From Pristiophorus japonicus (taxonomy: Eukaryota): DNA of 64,000 nt. How positions within the stretch are numbered: position 1 is the first letter of the stretch; each line of letters begins with the position of its first letter. The translations under genes were made by a program, and so were the position numbers. Shown here one piece after another: positions 25,930 through 38,000 of this stretch. Location of the stretch: the NCBI RefSeq assembly GCF_044704955.1, contig NC_091985.1, positions 41,230,001 to 41,294,000 on the forward strand, in the 5' to 3' direction. The notes under the pieces were generated by a model, which was given only the letters and a program-made list of their open reading frames with translations, did not search any database and had not been told where the DNA came from.

Positions 25930-28900
25930 TAAAATTATTTGTCACGATTTTCCCGAACCCGTTTACAGCTGTCCGCAATGTGCTACAACTTTAACTGTTA
26001 TCAGTGATGCTACTTTGAAGGTAGGTGGATATGTAATATGCAGGTATGGAATAAGTGCCAGGTTACATTAAAGTGATGAGCATGCACACACGATCAGCCT
26101 CAACAGTAGTAACTTGTATTAATACTTCTGTCATTCATAATTCACCCTGTGCACAGTAAGCATGTAACGTGACTTGTACTGTAAATCCTAAATGAAAAGG
26201 TTGCATTTCAGTACTTAAAATGAATTGCATGTGGATTTAAAATTATAGTTTGTAAATGTCGGTATGTGTCTAGAGAAAAAAGTGGTGCAGATGTATTGAA
26301 CGTGTTCGGTAAGGTTTTGAATGTGTCCTGTAAGGTTTTCATCCCTTGTGAGCAGATCGGCTGCTCTTTGATGCATGTTGGGCAAATATTCATGAAGAGC
26401 AAAGTGGTACCTTAACTCATTAATGTAAACATTTTCTGAACGATAGCACAAAGGTTTACAGCTGCTCCACCCCAAAAAGTGATTCTTCATCTCAATCACG
26501 CTGCTGGAGACACCGAATTGTGAGGAAATACCCCGAGCTACTCTTGTATCATGGTAGTTGAAGTAACAGCAATAGTTACCGTGGCCTACAGACTAACCAA
26601 CTCCTTCAGGAGGGGAATATTGTGTAGAGGGAGAGATTAAACATACAAATAAGGAGACTGATGCATTCCAGTAAAGTTACGAAGAGTAGATGTACCATTC
26701 AGATTAACAGTTACACATGATGGATGTTCTGTAACAAGGCCACAAAGTTATAGGCTTATCTCTCATGTTGACGTCATAACTTGATTATCATTCTCATTCC
26801 TGGAAGAATATCAATCAAGGACACTGGCTGCTGCATTAGGTTAATAAATTAGTCTTTAATTCTGAGCCTGGGTCAGCTAGACTAATTGGATGGAACCTCC
26901 TCTCTGCTAGCTATTGAAGGGCTTTATATGAAAGGCAATCTCCCTCGGAATGCCCAAAGTGAGAAACTAAAATTACACAAGTCCAATAGGGGATAGTCTT
27001 GGGTTGAAATTGAGGGACTGTGTTGATGCAGATGGGTGATGGCTGGTTGTGCTATGCCTGAGTGAGGTGGGAGTGCCAACTTCCCTTCTGTACAAAATTC
27101 ACCCACAAAAAGTGAAGTGATTACAGAGAGCAGCACTAAAATTGCCTTGCATACTTTCTTAGGGGATTGGCCTGGAAGTAGCAATGTTCCTCAAAAAATG
27201 TTGCTTGTGAATTGCTGAATCCTTACTGATCAGACGTGTTTTACAAATTGTCTATAAAATGAAAGCTTGGTGTGTCAGGTAATGAAAATACCCTAGCAGC
27301 AAAAAGATTTTCTTCGCAGTTCTCAACGATGGTTGGGGAGGGGGGCAGAAAATGTGTAGCTCAGCAACATTGTTGAATAGAGATTGTTGCACAGTTTACA
27401 GAGGGTTAAATGATGTGCAACAGTTTGTCTGCTTTCCAATAATGCCCCTCGAGTTAGATGTTGATTTGCGTGAATATTTTCCAATAAATTTTAAGAATTT
27501 AAAAAGAATTAATAGTGATGTTTGTGAATCACATTTAGTCACAGTCTGAGTTCTGTGAAATAGATTTCTGGGGGTTACTAAACTTCTTAAATCAAAAAAA
27601 CCCCGAGTGCTAGTCATATATTACGGCGCCAGCCCTGGCGCCAAGAGGTACTTGGTATTTCTTGTACTGGCAGATGTATTTCAGTTAAGTCAAAGACTGA
27701 AGTCTGAAAACAATGATATGGTCGTTTTCCTCAGTCAAGTACACGAGTCAGTTTGAGTCAATAATGAGAACCAAATGAATAAAGGAGTCAAGCTAACATC
27801 TGTGGGTCTGCTACATATGACACATGTTCACTGCGAGGCTTGCATGATGTGCAATTATATTAACAATGACTTGACATGAAAATCTGTAACTTTGTTTCTA
27901 AATGTACTGCACGTTATTTCTCAGCGGTATGTGTAATCATCAAAGACTTTTATGCTGCCTACGTGTGTTGAAATTTCTTAGCTCTTTCAAGTCCTGATGA
28001 ACGAATGAATGAGCTTCGTGTCTTTTTCATCGAGTGTTCTCTTTTGAGTAAATCTCCTTGGTGGAGCAATGCTGGAGTGATAAACCAAACCGAGGTCAAG
28101 TACTTCGTGAGTAGTCAGGTGTGTAAAGCAGGAGCAAAACCAGTCAAAGCTTGTTACTTCAAACTCGGGGTCTGGTCTGTTGTGCCTCAGCTCCTGTCAA
28201 ATCGCCATTTGATAAAGGCCATCAAATCCTGGTTGTGCTGTTTCTATTCAGCGCAATATTGACATTTTGTGTTACAATGCTCACGGCTCCCAAGCGTGCT
28301 ACATATTAGTATGAATAATTAGAGACTGATCTTAATGAAAGCTGTTTATACTGACAGTACTGTCTCCACATAATATTCTGTTCTCATTCTTTCCTACTCA
28401 TTTTTCGATTGTGTATCAACTGGAATTGGATCAAGGAGATTTTAATGGCACAAAGTGCATCTTGAGTGTGCCAGAACGATTACAGCTTAAGTGCTTTGTT
28501 ATAACAGGGCTAACATTCATTATAAATGGTTCTGTGGGGCCTGCCAAGTGTTTCTTGATCCCCCTCTTTTTTTTTTAAAGTAGGGGCTTATTAGAATAAA
28601 GTTTGCCATCAGTGGTCCGACTCCATGGACCTTGTTCAGGCAGGACTCCACAAAGACTTTGTAATGGGAGGTTTGCAACCCAGGGACTAAAAAAAATCAG
28701 TCCTGAGACATAAGGGACTACCAAAAATTAAGTGCTCTTAAATTTTCTGGTGAACAAACTTAAATCATCGCTTTCACTTTTAAAAAATTGTGATGTGAAA
28801 TTAAAACTTAGTTCCAATGAGGTCAAAGGAGGCCAGTTACTTGACAGACACAGGGATGAAACAGAGCGTTGAAAAAAAGACCTACAAAACAGTTTAACAG

Positions 28901-29290
28901 CAATTTACTATAGAAAAGCAAAATAGTTCTCAAGGATTCAGCTAGTTCAGGAGTAAGCTCCCATACTACTTTAAAAGTTTTAACTAGATAAATGTCTTGT
29001 TAAACTACAATAACTTATAACATTGTCTAGCGGTAAAACATATTAATCTTTTTAAAGTGCTCTCCCTTTAAATTATACAGCGCCACCACTGGCATAGCAG
29101 TGTAATTACAGCAGGTCAAGTTTACATGGGCATCTCCAATTATAAATGTAAGCATAGGAATTTGTAATGGAATATATACAAAGGACAAAAATATTACTTT
29201 AATATGGGGCATGGATTAATTTCCTAGTCCAATCATCTCCCGACAGCTAATGCCACTTCACCTGAAACCCAAGCTTGGCCTTGACTCCTA

Positions 29291-29860
29291 GGGCTAGAAA
29301 TTTGGGTTTCAGCGAAAACTGTATTTTTACTGCAAAATTGCCGTTTTCACTTCGCTCCCAATTTTCGGCCTTTAATTTGCGCAGCGGTAAAAATTGGCAT
29401 TGCACGAGGATTTGCGACGCAAACCGGGAATTTCTGCAACTTTAGTCCGGGGCCGATAGCGCTGCAAGAGAGGTCTGGGGGGGGGGGGGGGAGAGGAGAG
29501 GAAACAACAATAAAAAAAATTGAAAAAAAACAAAACAAAAAAATTCTCATTCACACAATGCTTATCTACTAAATCGCTGAAAAAGGATTTAAAAAATGAA
29601 AATTCTAACTTGCCTTTTCTGCAAGTCTGCAATGCAGATTTTTCCCCGTCGGTATTCTGGGTGCAGAATACGGGTGCGGAGAAAGCCAAATATCGATCAC
29701 AAACGCTATTTCCAGTGTTGCACGTCAGCGCTCCTCTCTCCGGCAGTACGTGGAAGCACCGCCACAAAAAGATCAGCGACGATCCCGTTGACCGGGTTTT
29801 CGCCGCGGAGGGTGAAATGTCGTGAAAAACCCAGTCGCAAAGTCGCTGCATTTCTAGCCC
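29291..29860. mobile_element. Non-autonomous PIF/Harbinger-like DNA transposon
   Basis: TIRs GGGCTAGAAAT...ATTTCTAGCCC flanked by a 3-bp duplication cta/cta. Confidence 0.8.
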
Positions 29861-30092
29861 CTAGTGTACAATGATACAGAAGATTGATTTAATGCCTTAA
29901 AAAAGTCTTGATTTTTACATGTCTTCCCTCTTGACTGCTTTCCTTCATTTTAGTGAGGATGCAAAATCTGGGAAGGGGCAGTCAGGTTCACTGATTACTC
30001 CATGATTACTTTTATAATTATGGTTGAAATCAGCCCTCGGCATCTGTGTCCTAAAGTTTAGTTTAAACGCCGTGTCATCTCATTGTCTTTTA

Positions 30093-30713
30093 GGGGCTGA
30101 TTTCCATCAAGGCCTCCACCCGCCCAAGTAATGCCCAAAGTGCTGCGGATGGCCGCCAAGGTACTGGATAGTACTTTCGGCGAGATATTCGTCGCCGATG
30201 TCCCTCGAAAGTCGGCAGGCAGCAAATGGACGACGTACGCTACCAATCTGGGCGGCAGCGGACGGGAGGTCTCATTCTCGGCGGCAGAGGCGCTTGCCGC
30301 CCAAGTGCCGCCAAGGATGGAGTCTAGGCCCATGGAAGGTCGAAGACCTGAAAAAAAAAATGCAGCAGTAAAAATCAAAAAAACTATTGAAGACCTCCAG
30401 GGGACCCCATGCAGGTAAGTCACTGTGGAAATTTTTTAAAAAAAATGTTCACTTGCCTTTTTTTCGTTGGAGACAGACTAGCCTCCAGCCAGCGGTCCAC
30501 CCCCATTCTGCCGCTGACTCCCGCCTGCAGGAATCTGGGAGCTCGGCGAGCGGGAGGTCAGTTGCGCCACTCGGCCGTCCGCTGACGTGAGCTGGCGGTT
30601 CCCGATGGTTCTCCCCTCCCACCCGCTCCAGGCCACCTTGAAGGTGGCACTGGGTGGATCAAGAAGAACAAAGTCGGCGGCAGCTGACGGTGAGGTGATG
30701 AATTTTGGCTCCA
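30093..30713. mobile_element. GC-rich non-autonomous Harbinger-like element
   Basis: Degenerate termini ggggctgatttc...gaattttggctcc; CpG-rich body against an AT-rich background. Confidence 0.55.
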
Positions 30714-30819
30714 TAATGTGTCTCTTCAAATTCAAGCTGCCATTTTTGTGTTAATAACCAGTGTTTTTATTGGTTCCACTAATGTATAAATGATAATGAG
30801 AATTGTTGTTGCCAATCAA

Positions 30820-31245
30820 TACACAGTGCCTTTCATGACCTTAGGATGTTCCAAGGCAGTAAACAGCCAATTAATTGCTTTTTGAAGTCTGGTCACTGTT
30901 AATCGTGCAGCAGCAAATTTACACATAGCAAGTTCCCACAATCAGCAATGAGATGAATTGCCAATTAAATTTTTATAGTGGTGTTGGTTTAGGATAAATA
31001 TTGGCGAACACCAGGAGAAGGCCCCTGCTCCTCTTCAAATAGTACCATTGGATCTTTTATGTCCACCTGAGAGGGAAGATGGGATCTCTGTTTCATGTCG
31101 CGTCAGAAAGACAGCATCTCCAACAGTATAGCGCTCAGTACTGCACTGGAGTATCAGGCTAGATTATGTGCCCAAGTCTTTGGAGTGGGACTTGAACCTG
31201 CCACCTTCTGACTCATAGGTGAGCATGCAACCCACTGAGGCACAG
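30820..31245 (-). mobile_element. tRNA-derived Deu-domain SINE (SacSINE1-like)
   Basis: Minus-strand tRNA-like head ctcagtgggttgc...ggttcaagtcccactcc (B box), then a Deu-like core with ctgtctttc..ggtggacataaaagatccaatggtactattt. Confidence 0.75.
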
Positions 31246-32243
31246 CTGGCATCTGAAAGAGAAGTTGAACGAAAACGGCTAAATAAAACTAAAGCCTTAC
31301 AGTATAAACAATAACTGATTCCAGGGATAGCAATTCAAAAGTAGCAATCTAATCTTGGGGTTTCAGATGCACTATAACCATAAGCTTGATCTAATAGTTA
31401 GAGGCCCTCTATTAGTTTGCTGTCTTATAATGAGTACCAGATCTACATTATTCAATATTTAACAGGCAGCTACTGCAGGCTTTCACTAGATATATCTTCA
31501 GTATTGAAACACGGAATTAACACCCAATTAGTGTTGTAAAGTGCACAGACTCTAAATTTAATCTCTCGGTCCAAGTGATGTTGACAAACTGAAGCATGTT
31601 GTCTGCTGGATTGTTGATCTGTTGTTTTGTTACTGGGTTCCAACCATCTCGTGTATTCTGGAACATACTAAATATAGAACAGTGTTCAATAATATGTCCA
31701 CTATAAACTCCAGTTTCTGAACATGATTTTAAATTTGTTCCGAGTTCAAATGTGGATACTAGCCCAACAATACCAGAAAGTTGCCGTGTATTAACTATGG
31801 GAGGAAAATCTCAGCAATCTATAAACAGCCATTCCTAATCCTTCTCATACACAGACTGTCATGGAGCAATCTTTGCTCACGCAGGGGAATTCTAGTTGAA
31901 TATAATAATGAGAAACACATTTGCATCAAACTTCCAAGTTAACCACGCAGACCTATTTTAATTGTGTATATATTGGAAAGGCTTTGTAAGGCGGCATGAA
32001 GGACTTGAAGTGAACTATTTTAACCCTCTCTAAGTCTGTTTATTCAGAACCAAAATCCTGATTCACTTAATGCGTTTATTCATCTGATCCATGGGAATCT
32101 ACAACTTGTGGTGGAAATTTCTGCACTAGTGGGCTTATTTTCTTTCGCCCTTCCTAGACGTACACCATGGATAGGATTGCAATTTGGCTAATTGATCTCT
32201 GGAGTGAAGTGTTACCACATTTTGGTTGGTAAAGATAGCTTTC

Positions 32244-32371
32244 NNNNNNNNNNNNNNNNNNNNNNNNNNNNNNNNNNNNNNNNNNNNNNNNNNNNNNNNN
32301 NNNNNNNNNNNNNNNNNNNNNNNNNNNNNNNNNNNNNNNNNNNNNNNNNNNNNNNNNNNNNNNNNNNNNNN
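32244..32371. other. Assembly gap (128 N)
   Basis: Run of N. Confidence 0.99.
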
Positions 32372-33606
32372 CTGCCACAGTTGTCTAGCGAAATGGTAAA
32401 TTGGCTATCAACGGGATGTGTTCAAATGTTAACCAAGGCTAGGCGCTCAATTTTGCCCAAGCCCATTTTCTGGCATATTGCCAGAGTTACGCCCGTTTTT
32501 CTAGGCCAGAAATGTGGCAGAAATATTTTGCCAAAATTTCCCCGTTGTATAATTTAAATTTGGCGCCGTGCAGCAAGTCCAGTCGCCTCGGGAGGGGGGT
32601 GGAGCCTGCTGTCTACGCCGAAAAAATTGATGCCGTACCTTCTGCGCATGCACGGGAAAAAAAGTGATGTTTTTGACGTTATTTCAATGGACGCTCGTGC
32701 GCAGTGCAGCTCTGAGTTGGCAATCGGCCATTTTTAAAGAGCCAGTTGTGTGTGTGTGTGACAATGATGAGTGCTGTGTGAGAGCATTAGAAAAATCAGA
32801 GCTGCAGCAATACAAAAGGACCGAGAATTTCTTGCAGGATGAAGTGGAGGCACTAGTTATTGTGATTGAGACCAAATGGCAGGAACTGGACACCAGCAGA
32901 GATCTGTATGGATGGACCACACCCAGGTCTTGGGACTTCTCTTCTCTCTCTCTCTCTCCCCACACCCCCACCCCCCCCCACCCCCAAAACTCATTGCAAT
33001 ATTGCGCCTAGTGCAGAATCCTTTCGATTGGCACCTCCCGCCCCGGGCTCAGTGCAGCCAGGCCGAGCCCCTGTGTTCGGGCGCAGGGCCGATTCTGACA
33101 GTCGACGCTACGACCCTCTAGCCCTGCTTGATGACATTCAGTGGTGGTGTGTGAGTAAAAAAAAAAAAAATGTTTTTTCATGAAAACTTAATAAATCCAA
33201 GAAATTTCCATGTACTCTATTGAACGATAAAAACAGTTAAACTTTATTATGGATATTTAAAGTGTTCTTGACTCCCTCCAAAAACTTTGAAAAACAATGG
33301 CGTCTTTCTGTGCCGATTTCTCAATGTGCGCTGCTTTCTGTTAACTCACGAGAAGGTTTTTTGGGAGTGGCCAGATACGCCGACCTAGGATTAAAATTTT
33401 TGGGGAAAACTGCAAAAAAATGATGTAAACTGGCGCAGACATGAGGGAACTATGACGTTAAAAAAAAAAACCTAACCTACAAAAATCGTAACTAAAGCAG
33501 TTACGCCGGAGCAGATTCCAGGGGGAAACTTTGAATTAAATACTTATGCCTGAAAAAACAGCGCACATCAAAAAACCGGCGCAAATGACCAAGGAAATTG
33601 AGCCCT
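32372..33606 (+). mobile_element. Harbinger-derived element with Myb/SANT-like ORF remnant
   Basis: KRTENFLQDEVEALVIVIETKWQEL resembles the N-terminus of Harbinger Myb-like proteins; ends ggaaattgagccc (CCC terminus). Confidence 0.55.
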
Positions 33607-34386
33607 TCGTTTCTAACTCTCAACAGGGTCATGAGAGCTCGTGACCCACCACTGAATACACCAATGAAAGTTTGAATTGAATAGTTTAGTGGGAGAAAAT
33701 GAGGGAATGCTTTATCAAAGTACTCCAAATTTATGAAAACAGTTCTTAAAATATCTTTTTAAAGACGGTTACTTGTATGGAGATCCATCTGCTGGACTAA
33801 TCTCTGACAGTGATAAGAGTGGCATCATAGAGCAGCTCAAATCAAAGCCAATACTCTGCCTTCCCAATGAGTCACCAGCCCTAATAGCTCCTTATGTGGC
33901 TCAGTGTCAAATTTTGTTTGATAATGCTCCTCTGAAGTGCCTTGCGACTATGTTAAAGCCATTATATAAATTCAAGTTGCTGTTTCTTGTCGTTGGAGAG
34001 TGTAGCTTAAAGGAGTTTGGCAGTGTCAGTTTGGTTCTCTGGCTGGTCTGAATTCTAGCACCATTGCTTTCAATGGAGCTATTCTGTGACACTCACTGAT
34101 GGGGTTGGAGGGGGGAGCAAGGAGAGATGGATCGACTGGTTCAGTAGAAGTATTTCTTTTTCAAAAGTCAACAATTTTCTTTTGTGGTAGGGAAAAGAGT
34201 AGTTTGAATAAATGTACACCTATACTTTCTTTCCCCTTTTTAAGTTGTCTTATTGGTAATCTACATTGTATCCTAATACCAATAAGGAGGAAAATGAATT
34301 CATTACTGGTATATTCAGTAAAGTTTCTTATTGAGTGACTACTGTCCCCAAATTACAAAAGAACTCCAGACATAAATGTCCTTATA

Positions 34387-34512
34387 CAAAAGCAAAATAC
34401 TGCAGGTGCTGGAATCTGAACTAAAAACAGAAAATGCTGGAAATCTCAGCAGGTCAGGCAGTATCTGTGGAGAGAAAAAGAGTTAATGTTTCAGGTCGAT
34501 GACCCTTCATCC
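34387..34512 (-). mobile_element. Second copy of the Penelope-like short element (5'-truncated hammerhead)
   Basis: Reverse complement gatgaagggtcatcgacctgaaacattaactct...cagatactgcctgacctgctgag. Confidence 0.7.
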
Positions 34513-34549
34513 TTATATCTGTTAGTATATCTCATCTTTCAAACGAGAG

Positions 34550-35067
34550 AAAGCCTCGCCATATTTCCTTGACGTTCAGCAGCACCATCATCGACATGTC
34601 CCCTACTATCAACATCTTGGAATCAATATTGACCAGAAGGTGAACTGAACCAGCCATATCAACACTGTCACTGGGTATTCTGCGATGACTGGCTCACTTC
34701 CTGACCCATCAAAGATTCTCCATGTACAAGACTCGAGTCAGAAGTCTGCTGGATTATTCACTGTTCAGCTGGATGGGCACAACCACAACAACACTTGAAG
34801 CTGGATGCCATCTAGGACAGAATAGTTTGCTTGATCAGTACTCATACCATCTGGTTTCATAATCAGCCCCTTCAAGCACTTTGGCTGAAATCCATATAAT
34901 ACAGAATGCACTGCAGCAACTCACCAGGGTTACTTCAACAGCACTTCCCTCCCTTGCAACCTCAGTCACCAAGAAGGACAAGAGCGTCACCTCCAGGTCA
35001 CGCACCATCCTCACTTGGACATGTATTGCCATTCTTTAACTGTTGTTGGGTCCTGGAATTCCTAACC
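34550..35067 (+). mobile_element. Old CR1-superfamily LINE 3' end, split by the Gypsy insertion (resumes ~40470-40590)
   Basis: Remnants resembling YKTRVRSLLDYSLFSWMG..LDAI; typical 3' UTR aaggcccaccaccact after the Gypsy. Confidence 0.55.
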
Positions 35068-38000
35068 TGTTATGTATTTAACCCCTTGCAACCTGTATCA
35101 CACTACCACCAGAGGGGCCTACCTGTTGGAGAACTGAGGGATCCCAGCATCCCTTGTATACAAGCAGGCCACCCACGAGATACCTGCACTCGAGTCTTAT
35201 TAAAGGAGCTAAGGTCAAACTTACTCATTGCATACAGTACTCAGTTTCATCCTTTATTATGAGTATATCAATTGGCGACGAGGTTACAAATAACCATGCG
35301 AAAATGCAAAGAACAGTTGGTATCCTGGAGAAGTTCTCAGAAGGGGACGATTGGGAGGCCTTTGTGGAGAGACTCGACCAATAATTTGTGACCAACGAGC
35401 TGGAAGGGGACGAGAACGCTGCCAAACGAAGGGCGATCCTCTTTGCTGTCTGTGGGGCAACAACCTATGGCCTCATGAAGAATCTTCTAGCTTCGATAAA
35501 ACCAACAACTAAATCCTATGAAGAATTGTGTACGCTGGTCCGGGAGCACCTGAATCCTAAGGAAAGCGTTTTGATGGCAAGATATCGGTTCTACACATGT
35601 CAACGGTCGGAGGGCCAGGAAGTGGCGAGCTATGTCGCCGAACTTAAGGCGCCTCGCAGGACATTGTGAATTTGAGAGATTCCTAGAATAAATGCTTAGA
35701 GACTTTTTTGTACTGGGCATTGGCCATGAGACAATCCTTCGCAAACTGTTGACTGTTGAAACTCCGAATCTAAGCAAAGCCATAACGATAGCCCAGGCAT
35801 TTATTTTCACTAGCGGCAACGCCAAACAGATTTCACAGAGTAAAGAGGTTTCGGCCAGTACTGTGCACAAAATAACAGCGTTTTCGAGCAGGAATATACA
35901 CGGCAGAACGTACACACCGACTGCTGCTGCACGACCTCAGATGACCCAGAGTCCGCCATCAATCGTTAATGCGAGGCAGTTAACATCTTGTTGGCATTGT
36001 GGAGGTGATCATTGGGCCCATCAATGCAGCTTCAAGCACTATGCATGCAAAGGCTGCAGAACAATGGGACACCTCCAGCGAATGTGCAGGCGAGCTGCAA
36101 ACCACCAAGTTGCAGAGGAAGATCAATCCACTGTGGATCAGGCTGAATTGGAGACTCGTACCGAGGAGGCAGAAGTGTACGGGGTACACGCATTCACCAC
36201 GAAATTTCCACCAATAATGAAATTTAAACTGACCGGAATGCCAGTATCTATGGAACCGGACATGGGTGTGAGTCAGTCCATAATGTGTCAAAAGGCCTTC
36301 GACAGGCTGTGGTGCAACAAGGCACACAGGCCCAAGCTCAGCCCCATTCACACCAAACTAAGGACTTACACCAAGGAACTAATCCCTGTAATTGGCAGTG
36401 CAGAAGTCAAAGTCTTCTATGATGGAGCAGTACATGAACTCCCACTGTGGATCGTGCCAGGGGATGGCCCCACACTGTTTGGCAGAAGCTGGCTGGGAAA
36501 GATCCGCTGGAACTGGGACGACATCCGAGCGCTTTCGTCCGTCGACGACGCCTCATGTGCCCAGGTTCTGAGTAGATTTCCATCGTTGTTCGAGCCAGGC
36601 ATTGGAAGCTTCTCAGGGCGAAAGTGCAGATCCATTTGGTTCCTGGTACGCCACAAGGCACGGGTGGTACCATATATGATGCGTGATAAAGTGGAAATTG
36701 AGTTGGACAGGCTGCAGCGAGAAGGCATCATCGCGCCGGTGGAATTCAATGAGTGGGCCAGTCCGATTGGCACAGTCAGAATTTGTGGACTATAAAGTAA
36801 TGATTAACCGTTTCTCGCTGCAGGACCAATACCCGCTACCCAAGGCAGATGACCTATTTGCGACCCTGGCTGAAGGGAAGACATTCACCAAGTTGGACCT
36901 GACCTCGGCCTACATGACGCAGGAGCTGGAAGAGTATTCGAAAGACCTCACCTGCATCAACACACACAAAGGTCTGTTCATCTATAACAGGTGCCCATTC
37001 GGGATTCGGTCGGCCGCATCAATCTTCCAACGGGACATGGAGAGCCTGCTAAAGTCGGTTCCTCGCACCGTGGTTTTCCAGGACGAACTAGTGGTTACAG
37101 GTCGGGACACCATTGAGCACTTGAAGAATCTGGAAGATGTTCTGTGTTGGTTGGATCGTGTGGGACTCTGGTTAAAACGCTCGGTGTGTTTTCCTGGCGC
37201 CGGACCTCGAGTTCCTGGGAAGAAGAATCGCAGCAGACGGCATCATACCCACCGACGCCAAGACGGAGGCCATCAAGAACGTGCCGAGACCACAGAACGT
37301 GACGGAGCTGCAGTCGTTCCTGGGACTCCTTAACTATTTCGGTAATTTCCTATCTGGGTTAAGCAACCTGCTAGAACCCCTACATGCGCTACCGCGCAAG
37401 GGAGACGACTGGGTATGGGGGAATTCACAAGAAGCTGCCTTTGAGAAAGCCAGAAATCTGTTGTGTTCAAACAAACTGCTTGTCTTGCATAACCCTTGTA
37501 AAAGATTAGTGCTAGCTTGCGATGCATCGTCATATGGGGCCGGGTGTGTGTTACAACAGACTAACGAATCGGGGATTTTGCAACCGGTCGCTTATGCATC
37601 CAGGAGTTTGTCCAAGGCCAAAAGGGCCGACAGCATGATTGAAAAAGAGGCTCTGGTGTGTGTTTACCGGGTAAAAAAAAATGCACCAGTACTTATTTGG
37701 CCTCCAGTTTGAGCTTGAAACTGACCACAAGCCGCTCATATCGCTGTTCTGAGCAAATGTATTAATACCAATGCCTCTGCCCGCATTCAAAGATGGGCGC
37801 TCACGCTGTCAGCATACAACTATATAATCTGCCACAGACCAGGCACACACAACTCATCATCATAGGCAGTCCCTCGGAATCGTGGAGGACCTGCTTCCAC
37901 TCCCAAAGTGAGTTCTTTGATGGCTGAACTGTCCGATACGAGAGCCACAGAACCTGTTATAGGTGGGACAGACATTCGTCGGGGGAAAGAGTCGGTGGGG

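Noticed and set aside
31190-31245. tRNA gene
   Set aside because: Degenerate tRNA-like head attached to a SINE body; no complete cloverleaf.
35692-36795. 367-aa ORF as a domesticated gag-protease gene
   Set aside because: It lies within an LTR-bounded Gypsy copy with stops and frameshifts, and the protease motif is degraded (EPDMGV).
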